The notes under the pieces are model-generated. The model ran no database searches and was not told the origin of the DNA. It saw nothing but the letters and a program-made list of their open reading frames with translations. The position numbers and the translations under genes are program-made. Below, in pieces: positions 1 to 13,220 of a stretch of DNA of 64,000 bases. This DNA comes from Macrostomum lignano. Taxonomy: Eukaryota. How positions within the stretch are numbered: the stretch's first letter is position 1; every line of letters begins with the position of its first letter. The stretch covers positions 101,992-165,991 of the forward strand of contig NIVC01000105.1 in assembly GCA_002269645.1 (NCBI GenBank). The letters run 5' to 3'.

Positions 1-37
1 AGAGCAGGAAAAAGGAAGGACAAAGGAAGGACAAATA

Positions 38-1039
38 CTTCGGGTGTGTCATAAGTAATGTCACTGATGTGAAAACAGACGAACTTGCAATCGCAGATGA
101 ACAAAACTGTACCACTCAACAACATAGAGTCCCCCAACATCAATCACCCTCTGGCAGTGCTCATACAGCTTGTCCACCTCAGCCTGCAGGTGTTTTTCCT
201 CCAACTGCCGTAACCAGTGCAACGCGGCCTGTTTGACCTCTTTATGGTTTGCGAAACTCTTCTTGGAAAAGTCAGCCTTCAGCCATTTGAACAGGAATCT
301 CTTGCACAAGTTGAAGTCCGGGCTGTAGGGACTCTGTCAGAGCAGATTCACTCGCCATGCAGGCAGAAAATTCGAAAAAGCCTTACAGGTGTGCGGCCGT
401 GCGGTGTCCATCTGCCACAGAACCTCGTCCAGGTGACATGGATTTGACCGGAGATTGCGCCAGAGGTCTCCAGTGTGCCGGATAAAGTCGATAAAATACT
501 GGCCATCGACTTTGGTGTTCGGTGGAGTTGTGCAGATGGAGACTCGTTCATTTGGCGTGAAGGCTACCAGCAGCATGGTCTTCTTGTCCAAGATGGACTT
601 CCTGGTCACAGTCGCCCTGGAGTCCCCAGCTCCCAGCCAGCAGCGATTGTCTGCCTTGCTGCCCTTGCCATCCAGGTGGAGCCAGCTTTCATCCTCAGCA
701 ACCAGGCAGTTTAGGATGTCATTCAAGCCCCGCCTGCTGAACACCTTGCGGATCTGCTTGATGCAGGCGTCTTGTCGAGATTCATGGTGATTTTTGTTCG
801 CTGCATAGACGATTTCTCGCACTTTTTTTTAGCACTTTAGCACCCAGTGATTTTAAGCACTTGCTAAATCTGCTTGGCGTATTCTTGCAATAGCTTGGGC
901 CATAAACAACCTATGCACGTCTCAAATGCACTGGTATTGCTTCACTAAGTATACTTTGCAGCTACGCTACCCACAAGTCCATGTGCCTACATATTTTAGA
1001 CAGAAGCCTGCAGTGACATTACTTATGACACACCCGAAG
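38..1039 (-). mobile_element. Tc1/mariner DNA transposon, non-autonomous and probably internally deleted (1002 bp)
   Basis: Perfect 29-bp TIRs: cttcgggtgtgtcataagtaatgtcactg (38-66) and its reverse complement (1011-1039). TA flanks both ends (36-37, 1040-1041). Transposase remnant inside. Confidence 0.95.
61..822 (-). pseudogene. Mariner-type (DD34D) transposase pseudogene, catalytic domain
   Basis: ORFs 337-822 and 61-309 share one frame, split by TGA at 337-339: AEDESW...MDTARPH...LL*QSPYSPDFNLCKRFLF. These match the mariner motifs DESW, HDNARPH and YSPDLAPxD. The third Asp position is 34 residues after D2 and is Lys here. N-terminal region degraded. Confidence 0.9.
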
Positions 1040-1070
1040 TACATGAGACAGACCGACTGGCAAACACAGA

Positions 1071-1105
1071 GTGAGAGAGAGGGGAGGTGGAGTGAGAGAG
1101 AGGGA

Positions 1106-1141
<36 letters not shown>

Positions 1142-1316
1142 AGAGAGGGAGATGGAGATGGGGAGGGAGGTTGAGAGGGAGAGGGAGATGGAAAGGGAGA
1201 GAGAGAGGGAGAGGGAGAGGGAGAGGGAGAGGGAGAGGGAGAGGGAGAGGGAGAGGGAGAGAGAGAGAGGGAGATGGAGAGGGAGACGGAGAGGGAGTGG
1301 GAGAGGGGGAGAGGGA

Positions 1317-1374
<58 letters not shown>

Positions 1375-1735
1375 TAGGGAGATGGAGAAGAGATGAAGAT
1401 AGAGAGGGAGACGGAGATTGGGAGGGAGGTTGAGAGGGAGAGGGAGATGGAAAGGGAGAGGGAGAGGGAGAGGGAGAGGGAGAGGGAGAGGGAGAGGGAG
1501 AGGGAGAGGGAGAGGGAGATGGAGAGGGAGAGGGAGAGAGGGAGAGAGGGAGAGAGAGAGGAGAGCCTTCAATCCTGGGCACTGACACGGTAAAAATACC
1601 AGGAGCAAAAGAATTGAACTGCTATAGTTGCCGATATTTCGAAATTATTATATTTCTTCGTCAGGGCAAGGTGAAAAGGGAGAGGGAGAGGGAGAGGGAG
1701 AGGGAGATTGAGAGGGAGAGAGAGAGAGAGGGAGA
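1071..1735. repeat. (GA)n / (GAGAGG)n microsatellite (1071-1563, 1677-1735)
   Basis: Direct reading; source of the ER/GR/LS low-complexity ORFs. Confidence 0.95.
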
Positions 1736-2163
1736 TCAGGCATCAGGCAGATATTTGCACGATTCATGGAATTCAAGAAAAAGACACCTCTTCTCTTCAT
1801 AGAAGAAGAAGAATCAAAAGAAGATTTGAATCTCTGCAAATAATTGACGACTGGCAATTATCGACCGCTGCATATCTACAGATTTGTTTGAGTTAAAATA
1901 GCAGCGCCAGCTAATGGCTGTCTGGCGATAAGACTTGGCTGTGATTTCTTGGCCATTAATCGATTTGCTTGCGACTGCGGGCCATAAATTGGCCTTTTAC
2001 GGTTAAGCGATCCGATTCTGCATTCTTCAGGCAGGGCGCCGGCATGGATTTTATGGGGGGGGGGGGGGAAAGCAAAACCAATAGCACTAAACGTAAATTT
2101 CTCTGTTATTCTAGAAATTGGATTTGTTAGTGTTGATTCTTTACGCTCATTTTGGCGGGTGCG

Positions 2164-2164
2164 C

Positions 2165-2213
<49 letters not shown>

Positions 2214-2412
2214 GGCAGGCAGGCAGGCAGACACTAAGACAGACAGACAGACAGACACACAGACAGACAGACAGGCAGGCAGGCAGGCAGACACTAAGAC
2301 AGACAGACAGACAGACAGGCAGGCAGGCAGGCAGACACTAAGACAGACAGACAGACAGACACACAGACAGACAGACAGACAGGCAGGCAGGCAGACAGGC
2401 AGGCAGACACTA

Positions 2413-2477
<65 letters not shown>

Positions 2478-2502
2478 CACAGACTGACGGACAGACGGAC
2501 GG
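2164..2502. repeat. (GACA)n / (GGCA)n microsatellite
   Basis: Direct reading. Confidence 0.95.
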
Positions 2503-3022
2503 ACACAAGCATGCGGACACAAGAAAACCAGCCCAGACAAGTTAATTTCAGTCTGCATGGCAAAGCTGCATGGCAGTAAAAGCCACGAGCACACAACCGT
2601 TCATAAAAATTTATTTCTTTCTCGCCGGAAATTATTTGCAGAACGTTGACTCAATTTTCAATTAACAGTTCCGCTATTACGAGCCTAAATCTGTGCGTTC
2701 GGACACTTCTGAGGCCTTTAATTCTGGGTTACACCTGCACTGAGCAACACGCCTGCTCTTTCCCACCTACCCAAGGAAATTATAAAAGCTGTTGCTTTCA
2801 ATTTCTATTCGCTACAAAGTTTCGCACTTGTTGTTGTTTTGCTGCTTTCCTGGCCTTAGAAAGCCCGAAATAAAGGCAAATTCAATTTCAAATTTTGATA
2901 CAAATTTATGCTATGGAAAAAATTGAAAAACTGAAATGCCGAGGCGTTGTTAAAAGCTGAAGAAAAGCTTGGAGGTTACAATTTAATGAACTCTATTAGA
3001 TGATAAAGGAGATGGAGTAGTC

Positions 3023-3820
3023 GAGGGTGACAGGGAAAGAGGAATGGAGGGTGACAGGAAGAGGGGAATGGAGGGTGACAGGGAGAGGAGAATGGAGGGT
3101 GACAGGGAGAGGAGAATGGAGGGTGACAGGAAGAGGGTATGGAGGGTGACAGGAAGAGGGGAATTGATTTTGACAGTGAGAGGGTAGTGGCGGGTGACAG
3201 GAAGAGGGGAATGGAGGGTGACAGGGAGAGGGGAATGGAGGGTGACAGGGAGAGGAGAATGGAGGGTGACAGGAAGAGGGGAATGGAGGGTGACAGGAAG
3301 AGGGTATGGAGGGTGACAGGGAGAGGGGAATGGAGGGGGACAGGGAGAGGAGAATGAAGGGTGACAGGGAGAGGAGAATGGAGGGTGACAGGGAGAGGAG
3401 AATGGAGGGTGACAGGGAGAGGGGAATGGAGGGTGACAGGAAGAGGGAATAGAGGGTGAAAGGGAGAGGGGAATGGAGGGTGAAAGGGAGAGGGGAATGG
3501 AGGGTGACAGGGAGAGGGGAATGGAGGGTGACAGGGAGAGGGGAATGGAGGGTGACAGGGAGAGGGTAGCCGAGGGTGACAGGAAGCGGGAATGGAGGGT
3601 GACAGGGAGAGGGTAGCCGAGGGTGACAGGAAGCGGGAATGGAGGGTGACAGGGAGAGGGTAGCCGAGGGTGACAGGAAGCGGGAATGGAGGGTGACAGG
3701 GAGAGGGTAGCCGAGGGTGACAGGAAGCGGGAATGGAGGGTGACAGGGAGAGGGTAGCCGAGGGTGACAGGAAGCGGGAATGGAGGGTGACAGGGAGAGG
3801 GTAGTGGCGGGGGACAGGAA
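3023..3820. repeat. About 24-bp G-rich minisatellite (ggagggtgacagggagaggggaat)
   Basis: About 33 variant tandem copies. Confidence 0.95.
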
Positions 3821-4423
3821 ATTGAGGCAGAGATGAGTAGCACAATTTAACCTGTCTAAAAGCCCAGTTTGACACGCAAAAAATATTGAAACAAACAGTC
3901 GAAAACTACAGACATACAGAGACAAGTAAAATTGTTATAGGAAAACTTCTCTAAGAACAAGAGCATTGCTCGTTGCTTAAGCAGAAACACACAGATTTGT
4001 ATAAGCAAAGAGCTCAAGTTGAAGATTCCAAGCTTGTTCAGCGCTTCTAATGGAGTGGCATTGATGTTTAATATTCTGCAGAAGAAAATAATAAACCCCA
4101 TAGTGCAGTGCATATACAAGACAAGTAAATTCAACAAGTGCTTGAGAGCAAATGAACAATATTATAAGTTTGCTTAGGGAGGCGGAGTGGCTTCAGACCT
4201 GCTTGCATGATAAATGAGAGAATGGCTGGCAGACAGCGAGCAATAAAACTCACTGCAGTAAAACTGAATTCCTACACTATACAGTACTTGACTTGAATAA
4301 TAAAGCAAATGCAATGTTGCATATGAGTTTTGCATAGAATTGAAAATTGGACAAGCAAGAAAGAAATGAAAAATATAGTCGTTTTGCTCAGAGACTATGG
4401 ACCCAGAGATGTTTTGTGTCCAG

Positions 4424-5330
4424 TTTGTGAAATGTCTCTATGGTTTGTGAAGTGTCTCTATGGTTTGTGAAGTGTTCTCTATGGTTTGTGAAGTGTCTCT
4501 ATGGTTTGTGAATTGTCTCTATGGTTTGTGAAGTGTCAGTGGTTTGTGAAGTGTCAGTGGTTTGTGAAGTGTCTCTATGGCTTGTGAAGTGTCTTTGGTT
4601 TGTGAAGTGTCAGTGGTTTGTGAAGTGTCAGTGGTTTGTGAAGTGTCTCTATGGCTTGTGAAGTACTGTGGTTTGTGAAGTGTCTCTATGGTTTGTGAAG
4701 TGTCTATGGTTTGTAAAGTGTCTCTATGGCTTGTGAGGTGCTGTGGTTTGTGAAGTGTCTCTATGGTTTGTGAAGTATCTCTATGGTTTGTGAAGTGCTG
4801 TGGTTTGTGAAGTGTCTCTATGGTTTGTGAAGTGTCTCTATGGTTTGTGAAGTGTCTCTCATTTGTGAAGTTTCTCTATGGTTTGTGAAGTGTCTCTCAT
4901 TTGCGAAGTGTCTCTATGGTTTGTGAAGTGTCTCTATGGCTTTTGAAGTGTCTACGGTTTGTGTATTGTCTATGGTTTGTGAAGTGCCTCTATGGTTTGT
5001 GGTGTCTCTATGGTTTGTGAAGTGTCTATGGTTTGTGAAGTGCCTCTATGGTTTGTGGTGTCTCTATGGTTTGTGGTGTCTCTATGGTTTGTGAAGTGTC
5101 TATGGTTTGTGAAGTTCCTCTATGGTTTGTGGTGTCTCTATGGTTTGTGTATTGTCTATGGTTTGTGAAGTTCCTCTATGGTTTGTGGTGTCTCTATGGT
5201 TTGTGTATTGTCTATGGTTTGTGAAGTGCCTCTATGGTTTGTGAAGTGTCTATGGTTTGTGAAGTGTCAGTGGTTTGTGAAGTGTCTATGGTTTTTGGAG
5301 TGTCTTTTCCATTGTTTGTAAAGTGTCTGT
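4424..5330. repeat. About 20-bp minisatellite (tgtgaagtgtctctatggtt)
   Basis: Tandem copies with small indels. Confidence 0.95.
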
Positions 5331-5769
5331 GGTTTCTAGAGTGTCCATATCCATGTTTTGTTAAGTATTATCTAGTACTAGTTTAATAGTTGGCTAAGTT
5401 TCTCTGATCTTTAAGCTCCGTTTCTAATCCAGATATCCAACTTGAAGCGTCCTTGTCGGCTCTCCGCTGGCGCAGTGTAAATGAATGTTCCTCAATTTAC
5501 TAGGGGCACCGGCCTCACCAGCCAACCAGAAGCCCCTTAGACTCTCAGCTGATGTCCAATAAGATATTCTCCAATTACGATCCAGTAAAGCACGACTATT
5601 ACTAAGGCTTAATGAACAAGGCAAATCTTGTAGTTATAGTTGTTATAACAAGCAGGTGGGTTGGTCAATTTAGGCAATTTATCTTCCCGAGCTCGTGTCA
5701 CGAGTAAGGACAAGAGGCAACAGCGACAGAACATGTCTCGGAGTAGTTCAGAGTGAAATAAAAGTCCAA

Positions 5770-5923
5770 ATGGAAAGCAGATTGACAATAATTTTTCTGA
5801 TCCTGCTGCTACTTCAATGTGGCCTCGACGTTCAGTCTGTGGCTGTGATGGAGAACGGCGACTCCTCAGCACCTGGGCGACGATATGACAGCGACAGATC
5901 TCTGCTGAGAAGCAGCCATTTGG
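5770..5923 (+). CDS. Candidate first coding exon with signal peptide (MESRLTIIFLILLLLQCGLDVQS...), possibly a distal first exon of unc-5
   Basis: ATG in strong context (caaATGG), basic n-region plus long hydrophobic core, and donor G|GTGAGT at 5923/5924 (phase 1). The phase matches a tttcag acceptor at 20290-20291 in unc-5 exon 1. Confidence 0.55.
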
Positions 5924-6034
5924 GTGAGTGAGAAAGGCGAAAAATTCTGCTGCTTGCTTGAGATGACTCACTGTGCTCTCAGTCTCACCGATCTCATGTA
6001 CCTCTCTGTCCATCTCTAATCTAAAGCACCGCCT

Positions 6035-6385
6035 ATCTCACCGAGTCTATCTCTATCTCAACCTGTCTATCACTATCTCATCCTGTCTATCTCTATCTCA
6101 CCCCGTCTATCACTATCTCACCCTGTCTATCTCTATCTCAACCTGTCTATCTCTATCTCACCCTGTCTATCTCTATCTCACCCTGTCTATCTCTATCTCA
6201 CCCTGTCTATCTCCATCTCCCCCCGTCTATATTAATCTCATTCTGTCTATTTCTATCTCCATCACCATCTCATCCTGTCTATCTACATCTCACCCTGTCT
6301 GTTTCTATCTCACCCTGTCTATCTCCATCTCATTCTGTCTATCTCTATCTCACCCCGTCTATCACTATCTCCCCCCGTCTATATC
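6035..6385. repeat. 20-bp pyrimidine-rich minisatellite (ctatctcaccctgtctatct)
   Basis: Direct reading. Confidence 0.9.
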
Positions 6386-6784
6386 TTATCTTTATCTCAC
6401 CATTCTTTCAATTTCACCGTAATCAATTCTCGTCACTTCCATTTCTGTCAAAACTGGAAGCAAAGCGATTTGTATTCAAATTATTTCAGATCTAAATTAA
6501 TTCTGACTACTCATTTTCCGCCAATAAATTAATTATACGTCAGTTTCATACATGCAAACATGAAACTTTGCAAACATGCAAACCTTACATAGATTTCGTT
6601 AGTTCAGGGGTTCAGTCTGATTTTAATGTCACGGTTGCCTGGAGTGGCTAACCTCAGGAAATTTAGCTTCGCAATCTTAATTATGCTTAGAATTATGCAT
6701 AGATGGTGACACGACGGTAGGAGCCGACGCACAAAGCCAGAAAATTCACAAAAAAATTGTGAAACCAACTTAATGCAATGAGTA

Positions 6785-7112
6785 AAGTGAGGCTGTACCA
6801 TAGACATTCTCAGCAAGTTGTAAAACCAACTGAAAGCATTGGACAAAGGGAAGTTTTACCATAGACATTCTCAGTGGGTTTTGAATCCAACTAAAAGCAT
6901 TGGAAAAAGTGAAGTTTTACCATAGACATTCGTAGTGGGTTTTGAAACCAACTACGAGCGTAAAAGCATTGGAAAAAGTAAAGTTTTACCATAGACATTC
7001 GTTTTACCATAGACATTGTCAGTGGGTTTTGAAACCAACTGAAAGCATTGGAAAAAGTGAAGTTTTACCATAGACATTGTCAGTGGGTTTTGAAACCAAC
7101 TGAAAGCAGTGG
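6785..7112. repeat. About 60-bp tandem repeat, about 5.5 copies (gtgaagttttaccatagacattctcagtgggttttgaaaccaactgaaagcattggaaaaa)
   Basis: Copies start near 6787, 6849, 6909, 6978 (partial), 7001 and 7057; no unique spacers. Confidence 0.9.
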
Positions 7113-7589
7113 ACCTGCGTACTCGTTTCCTGAACTACATAAAACTTTATCCAGATCTGACTCTAAAAGAAGCCACTAAAATCTATAAATGAATTATTGC
7201 TAACTGCCCAGTTGGAAGTTCACAAATATTAAGACCGCATTAAGATCATATCTAGTCCTGTAGGTTGCTTATCAGCAGCTTAAACACTGAGGCCTTGGGT
7301 GCCGGTTTACTATTCCCACGGGATTATAAACTCACTCAACCTTAATGAGGCATTCGTTAGTGATTAGAACTCCTTTTTTAACCGATGTCTCTTCTCTCAA
7401 AGACTTGTTGGTTTAGCAAGATAAGTCTAAGCTGGTGTTCTATATTTGAGCATGAATTATTGGCTTGTTTTTTGAGTCGGTTTGATAAAAAACTTATTTA
7501 GGATTTTATTACCCGGGGTTGAGCTGGAGGCAGTAAAATTAAGGCTCACACTGGAGAGGGGAGTCACCCAGAAGGGGAGTAATACATAA

Positions 7590-8935
7590 GAGGGGGGTCA
7601 CACAGGATAAAGAGAGGGGTCACACTGGATATAGAGGGATCACACTGGATATAGAGGGGTCACACAGGACAGGAAAGAGGGGTCACACAGGACAGAGAGG
7701 GGTCACACAGGAACAGGATAGAGAGGGGTCACACAGGAACAGGATAGAGAGGGGTCACACAGGATAGAGAGGGGTCACACAGGAACAGGATAGAGAGGGG
7801 TCACACAGGAACAGGATAGAGAGGGGTCACACAGGAACATGATAGAGAGGGGTCACACAGGAACAGGATAGAGAGGGGTCACACAGGATAGAGAGGGGTC
7901 ACATAGGAACAGGATAGAGAGGGGTCACACAGGAATAGGATAGGGAGGGGTCACACAGGATAGAGAGGGGTCACACAGGAACAAGGATAGAGAGGGGTCA
8001 CACAGGATAGAGAGGGGTCACATAGGAACAGGATAGAGAGGGGTCACACAGGAACAAGGATAGAGAGGGGTCACACAGGATAGAGAGGGGTCACACAGGA
8101 ACAAGGATAGAGAGGGGTCACACAGGATAGAGAGGGGTCACATAGGAACAGGATAGAGAGGGGTCACACAGGAACAAGGATAGAGAGGGGTCACACAGGA
8201 TAGAGAGGGGTCACACAAGAACAAGGATAGAGAGGGGTCACACAGGATAGAGAGGGGTCACATAGGAACAGGATAGAGAGGGGTCACACAGGAATAGGAT
8301 AGAGAGGGGTCACACAGGAATAGGATAGAGAGGGGTCACACAGGATAGAGAGGGGTCACACAGGAACAAGGATAGAGAGGGGTCACACAGGATAGAGAGG
8401 GGTCACATAGGAACAGGATAGAGAGGGGTCACACAGGAACAAGGATAGAGAGGGGTCACACAGGATAGAGAGGGGTCACACAAGAACAAGGATAGAGAGG
8501 GGTCACACAGGAGAGAGAGGGGTCACACAGGAGAGAGAGGGGTCACACAGGAGAGAGAGGGGTCACACAGGAGAGAGAGGGGTCACACAGGATAGAGAGG
8601 TGTCACACAGGAGAGAGAGGGGTCACACAGGAGAGAGAGGGGTCACACAGGAGAGAGAGGGGTCACACAGGAGAGAGAGGGGTCACACAGGATAGAGAGG
8701 TGTCACACAGGAGAGAGAGGGGTCACACAGGAGAGAGAGGGGTCACACAGGAGAGAGAGGGGTCACACAGGAGAGAGAGGGGTCACACAGGATAGAGAGG
8801 TGTCACACAGGAGAGAGAGGGGTCACACAGGAGAGAGAGGGGTCACACAGGAGAGAGAGGGGTCACACAGGAGAGAGAGGGGTCACACAGGATAGAGAGG
8901 TGTCACACAGGAGAGAGAGGAGTCACACAGGAGAA
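7590..8935. repeat. 20/26/27-bp minisatellite (ggggtcacacaggatagaga, with or without an aacagg insert)
   Basis: Direct reading. Confidence 0.95.
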
Positions 8936-10154
8936 GAGGGGTCAGACAGTCACTAATCAAGCAGGTGAGTGATCAGAATTTTGGTTCCCCGTCTCGATGA
9001 GTCATGATTTTGTCAATCAAAAAATGTTATTTTTTCAAGAATCGGAATCCAGGCACAAAACCTACAACTACAAGCAGTACAATGTATCTGTTCCTAACCA
9101 GAAAAAGTCAATTGCATTAAGTCAAGTAATTTCTTCTATTCTCTTGGTATTGTTTATATCTATCCCCGTATTTCAGTGCATTGCGTCCATTTCTAGAAGC
9201 CAAGATCAAGAACACACACGGACAGACACGCACAACACATATATTGGCCTACAATACAATACAATAATGTTCATACAATAAACCGCAACTTCCATCAGTA
9301 TAAGGCTTTTTTGCTTCTGGTTTGGTTGTCTAAAATAACCCCCCTGCATTGGCCCCCAGTCCCAACATTTCTATTACATCTCCCCACTGTTCCCTTTCTT
9401 TATAATCCCCCCCTATATGCCCATAACAACACGCGCACGCAATGGCCACTTCCCCAATGCTCCCAGACCAGACCAGACAAGACCAGAGCAACCCCCATCC
9501 ACCCCCAAGAAGTCCCGCACGCGAGGCTACCCTGTGCTTTTCGTTGTAAAAATGCATAAGTATAAAGAATAACTAAGCTGGGTGCTGTGACTAGGGGATC
9601 TTGTTGGGAAATAATTAAGACTTTTTATGAGGCGCACAAGCACAAACCGTGAACCAATTGACGAGTCTGCATGCTGCTTCATCAATTTTGTCTAATTTGA
9701 CCTACCACTATTTTAGTAAGGTTTCAATATATTCTCAAGTCTTGATCACGGTTGCTACCAAACACAACCCGAACTAATCCATATCACATTTCCAACTCTA
9801 CCTCAAGTTTCTAAGTTTTAAGGTTTTATATTATGCTCTTTGCCATTGAGCTCAGCTGAATGAGTGTCCAAACTTTAACGGGGAATTTCTCGTTTGTATA
9901 AACCTGGTCAAAAGCTGCAAAATTTATGATTAAAATCAATAACACATTAGGCAGTGTTGGGCATCATGCACCTCAGGCTCTTAATAAGCGTTGTGCTTTT
10001 TTCACTAGCATTTAAGGGTGTATCATTGTCAAGGATGCACAGATTTTAAGAACAATAAAGCCATTGGGATCCTTCCCAGATCCCTCCATCCTCCCAGATC
10101 CTCCCGGATACTCACAGATCCTTCCATTTTCACGGATCTTTCCATCTAAAGTGC

Positions 10155-10610
10155 CATCCCTGAAGCGCACTCCCTGAGGCACCATTCGCGCTCTCTGAAG
10201 CGCCATTCTTGAAGCACCATACCTAAAGTGGGCTCCCTGAAGAGCCATCCCTGAAGCGCCGTCCCTGAAGGGACATCCCTGAAGCGCCATCCCTGAAGCG
10301 CCATTTCTGAAGCGCCATCCCTGAAGCGCCATCCCTGAAGCGCCATCCCTGAAGCGCCATTTCTGAAGCGCCATCCCTGAAGCGACATCCCTGAAGCGTC
10401 ATCCCTGAAGCGACATCCCTGAAGTGCCATCTCTGAAGCGCCATCTTTGAAGCGCCATCCCTGAAGTGACATCCCTAAAGCGCCATCCCTGAAGCGTCAT
10501 CCCTGAAGCGCCATCCCTGAAGCGTCATCCATAAAGCGCCATCCATGAAGCGCCATCCCTAAAGCGTCATCCCTGAAGCGCCATCCCTGAAGCGTCATCT
10601 CTGAAGCGCC
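10155..10610. repeat. 14-bp minisatellite (gaagcgccatccct)
   Basis: Direct reading. Confidence 0.95.
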
Positions 10611-11287
10611 ACGCTTCATAGCGCAGTCTTTGAAAGCTGACTCACCAGCTTCCGCTTCCTAATCACACGATACGGACGGACTGTTTGGGTTTATACGCAG
10701 TCAACGCTTGTTTCTAAGACTTTCTTATAATGTAAAACCAAGAGTAATACAGCATACAGCATCAAAACTGAAACCTACCCGAGATTCAAAGGATTATACA
10801 GCCACCGAGGGACCATTTTTTCTACTTTTACGAGTATAAATTCTAATTAGGATAATTTCTACCAGCGAAGACCTTACGTGCACTTGTCAAGGTAATATAC
10901 TATAGTAAATGCAGTAATTTCCATTAGCTATCTACAATCTTGCCACTTCAATAATCCCTTATTGGGGTCCGTTAAATAAATCTGCTATGGTCTATCCCAG
11001 AATTTTTATAGGGGCTTTGGAGGATGGATTATGATAATCATAATTTTACTGCGCATTATTTCTGACTAATTTTTACCCTCCACCGTTTGCTGGAGTACCC
11101 TGTCTGATGCTGTGGAGACTTGTCTACGTAATTTCTCGCTAATAATTCGGTTTAAGACATTTGCCTTTTTATATGACAGATGGATTATGAGCTAAGCTAG
11201 CGCTAGCGGTGGGTCAATATGGTGCGCTTGCTTTTGACAGACTGGGGGTCAGGTCATTGGGGTCATTGGGGTCAGAGAGGAGAGGAA

Positions 11288-11921
11288 GGGTCAGACAAGA
11301 GAGGGTCAGGCAGGAGAGGGTCAGACAGGAGAGGGTCAGGCAGGAGAGGGTAAGGCAGGAGAGGGTAAGGCAGGAGAGGGTCAGACAAGAGAGGGTCAGG
11401 CAGGAGAGGGTCAGACAGGAGAGGGTAAGGCAGGAGAGGGTAAGGCAGGAGAGGGTAAGGCAGGAGAGGGTCAGACAGGAGAGGGTCAGGCAGGAGAGGG
11501 TCAGACAGGAGAGGGTAAGGCAGGAGAGGGTAAGGCAGGAGAGGGTCAGACAGGAGAGGGTCAGACAGGAGAGGGTCAGACAGGAGAGGGTCAGACAGGA
11601 GAGGGTCAGACAGGAGAGGGTCAGACAGGAGAGGGTCAGACAGGAGAGGGTCAGACAGGAGAGGGTCAGACAGGAGAGGGTCAGACCAGGAGAGGGTCAG
11701 GCAGGAGAGGGTAAGGCAGGAGAGGGTAAGGCAGGAGAGGGTAAGGCAGGAGAGGGTCAGACAAGAGAGGGTCAGGCAGGAGAGGGTCAGGCAGGAGAGG
11801 GTAAGGCAGGAGAGGGTAAGGCAGGAGAGAGTCAGACAGGAGAGGGTCAGACAGGAGAGGGTCAGACAGGAGAGGGTCAGGCAGGAGAGAGTCAGACAGG
11901 AGAGGGTCAGACAGGAGAGGA
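11288..11921. repeat. 15-bp minisatellite (caggagagggtcaga)
   Basis: Direct reading; gives the QERVR ORF. Confidence 0.95.
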
Positions 11922-12659
11922 AGGGTCAATCATATTCATGTTTCTTTTAACTGGTATCCATGAAAGATAAGAATGAATCAGCTTGTTTGCTTGATCGAAA
12001 AAGCAGTCAGTTTCCTTGATCTCGACGGAATGAATTTGGATGACGTCACCATCACCATCACCAGCTCAAACAGTGATTAAATCGCTTTTTATCGCGTCCA
12101 AAAATGAGACTGAGGATGTGAACGAGGCCTCATCAGTTAGTCGGAGTAAATGACGTAATCAGTTTTTTTCTTAACACACAGAAAAAAAGATTTTCAAAGA
12201 GGCCAAAATCGTTATCTGTCGGGGTTTTTTTCCTGAGCTCGCTGAGTTCACCATCTCATAGGAGTGATTGACACGCAGATAAGAGCCCGGCATATAGGGA
12301 ATACTTAGGAAGTTTTTTCCCTCTGTTGATCCGCTTCTAACCCCAGTAGCCGGGTTATTAATTATGATTTTCGATGTCTAGTCACGACTTCACAATGTTC
12401 AATGGCTCCTCCACATTATATTTTGGCTGATTAATGGGTTTCTTTAACTATGATTTAGTGCGCCAATGGCCTGAGGACATGTAATATTAACAAAGCTGAA
12501 GCCAAGGACTGCGTTTCTTGGGATTTATACTCTCGACAATCCGTGACGGTCTCGAGTAGGGGTCGGCAATTTTTTTACCTTAAGGGCCAGATTTAGAACC
12601 TAGCGCATAACTGCGGGACTGAGAGAGAAGAGAGAAAGTAGTGAATAGAGAAGAAAAAA

Positions 12660-13220
12660 AGAAGAGAGGAGTGAGAGGAGAGGGGAGAGAGGAGAGGGGA
12701 GAGAGGAGAGACGAGAGGGGAGAGAGGAGGGGAAGAGAGAATAGGGAAGAGAGGAAGTGGAGAGTGGAGAGAGGAGAGGGGATAGAGGGGAGCGAGGAGA
12801 GGGGACGGGAGAGAGAAGAGACGAGAGGGAAGAGAAGAGAGAGGAGAGAGGACAGAAGCGGGGAAGAGGGAAGAGAGGAGAGTGGAGAGAGGAGAGAGGA
12901 GAGGGGAGAGAGGAGAGACGAGAGGGGAGAGAGGAGGGGAGAGACGAGGGGGAGGGAGGAGAGACGAGAGGGGAGAGAGGAGAGGGGAGAGACGAGAGGG
13001 GAGAGGGGAGAGAGGAGAGACGAGAGGGGAGAGGGGAGAGACGAGAGGGGAGAGAGGAGGGGGGAGAGACAAGAGGGGAGAGGGGTGAGAGGATAAAGAG
13101 AGAGGAGAGGGGAGAGAGGAGAGGGGAGAGAGGATAGAAGAGAGAGGAGAGGTGAGAGACGAGAGGGCAGAGAGGACAAAGGGAGAGAGGAGAAAGGGAA
13201 AGTTTAGAGTGGAGAGGAGA
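12660..13220. repeat. GA-rich low-complexity tract
   Basis: Nearly pure purine on the + strand. Confidence 0.9.

Noticed and set aside
337-339. TGA readthrough or selenocysteine in the transposase
   Set aside because: The catalytic Asp is also lost and the 5' region is decayed; simple nonsense mutation is more likely.
6785-7112. Possible CRISPR array (also 63519-63705 and 44400-45228)
   Set aside because: Head-to-tail repeats without unique spacers, no cas genes, eukaryotic context.
11209-11970. QERVR 253-aa ORF resembling a coiled-coil protein
   Set aside because: 15-bp minisatellite; a 1-nt insertion near 11686 shifts the peptide repeat, arguing against coding constraint.
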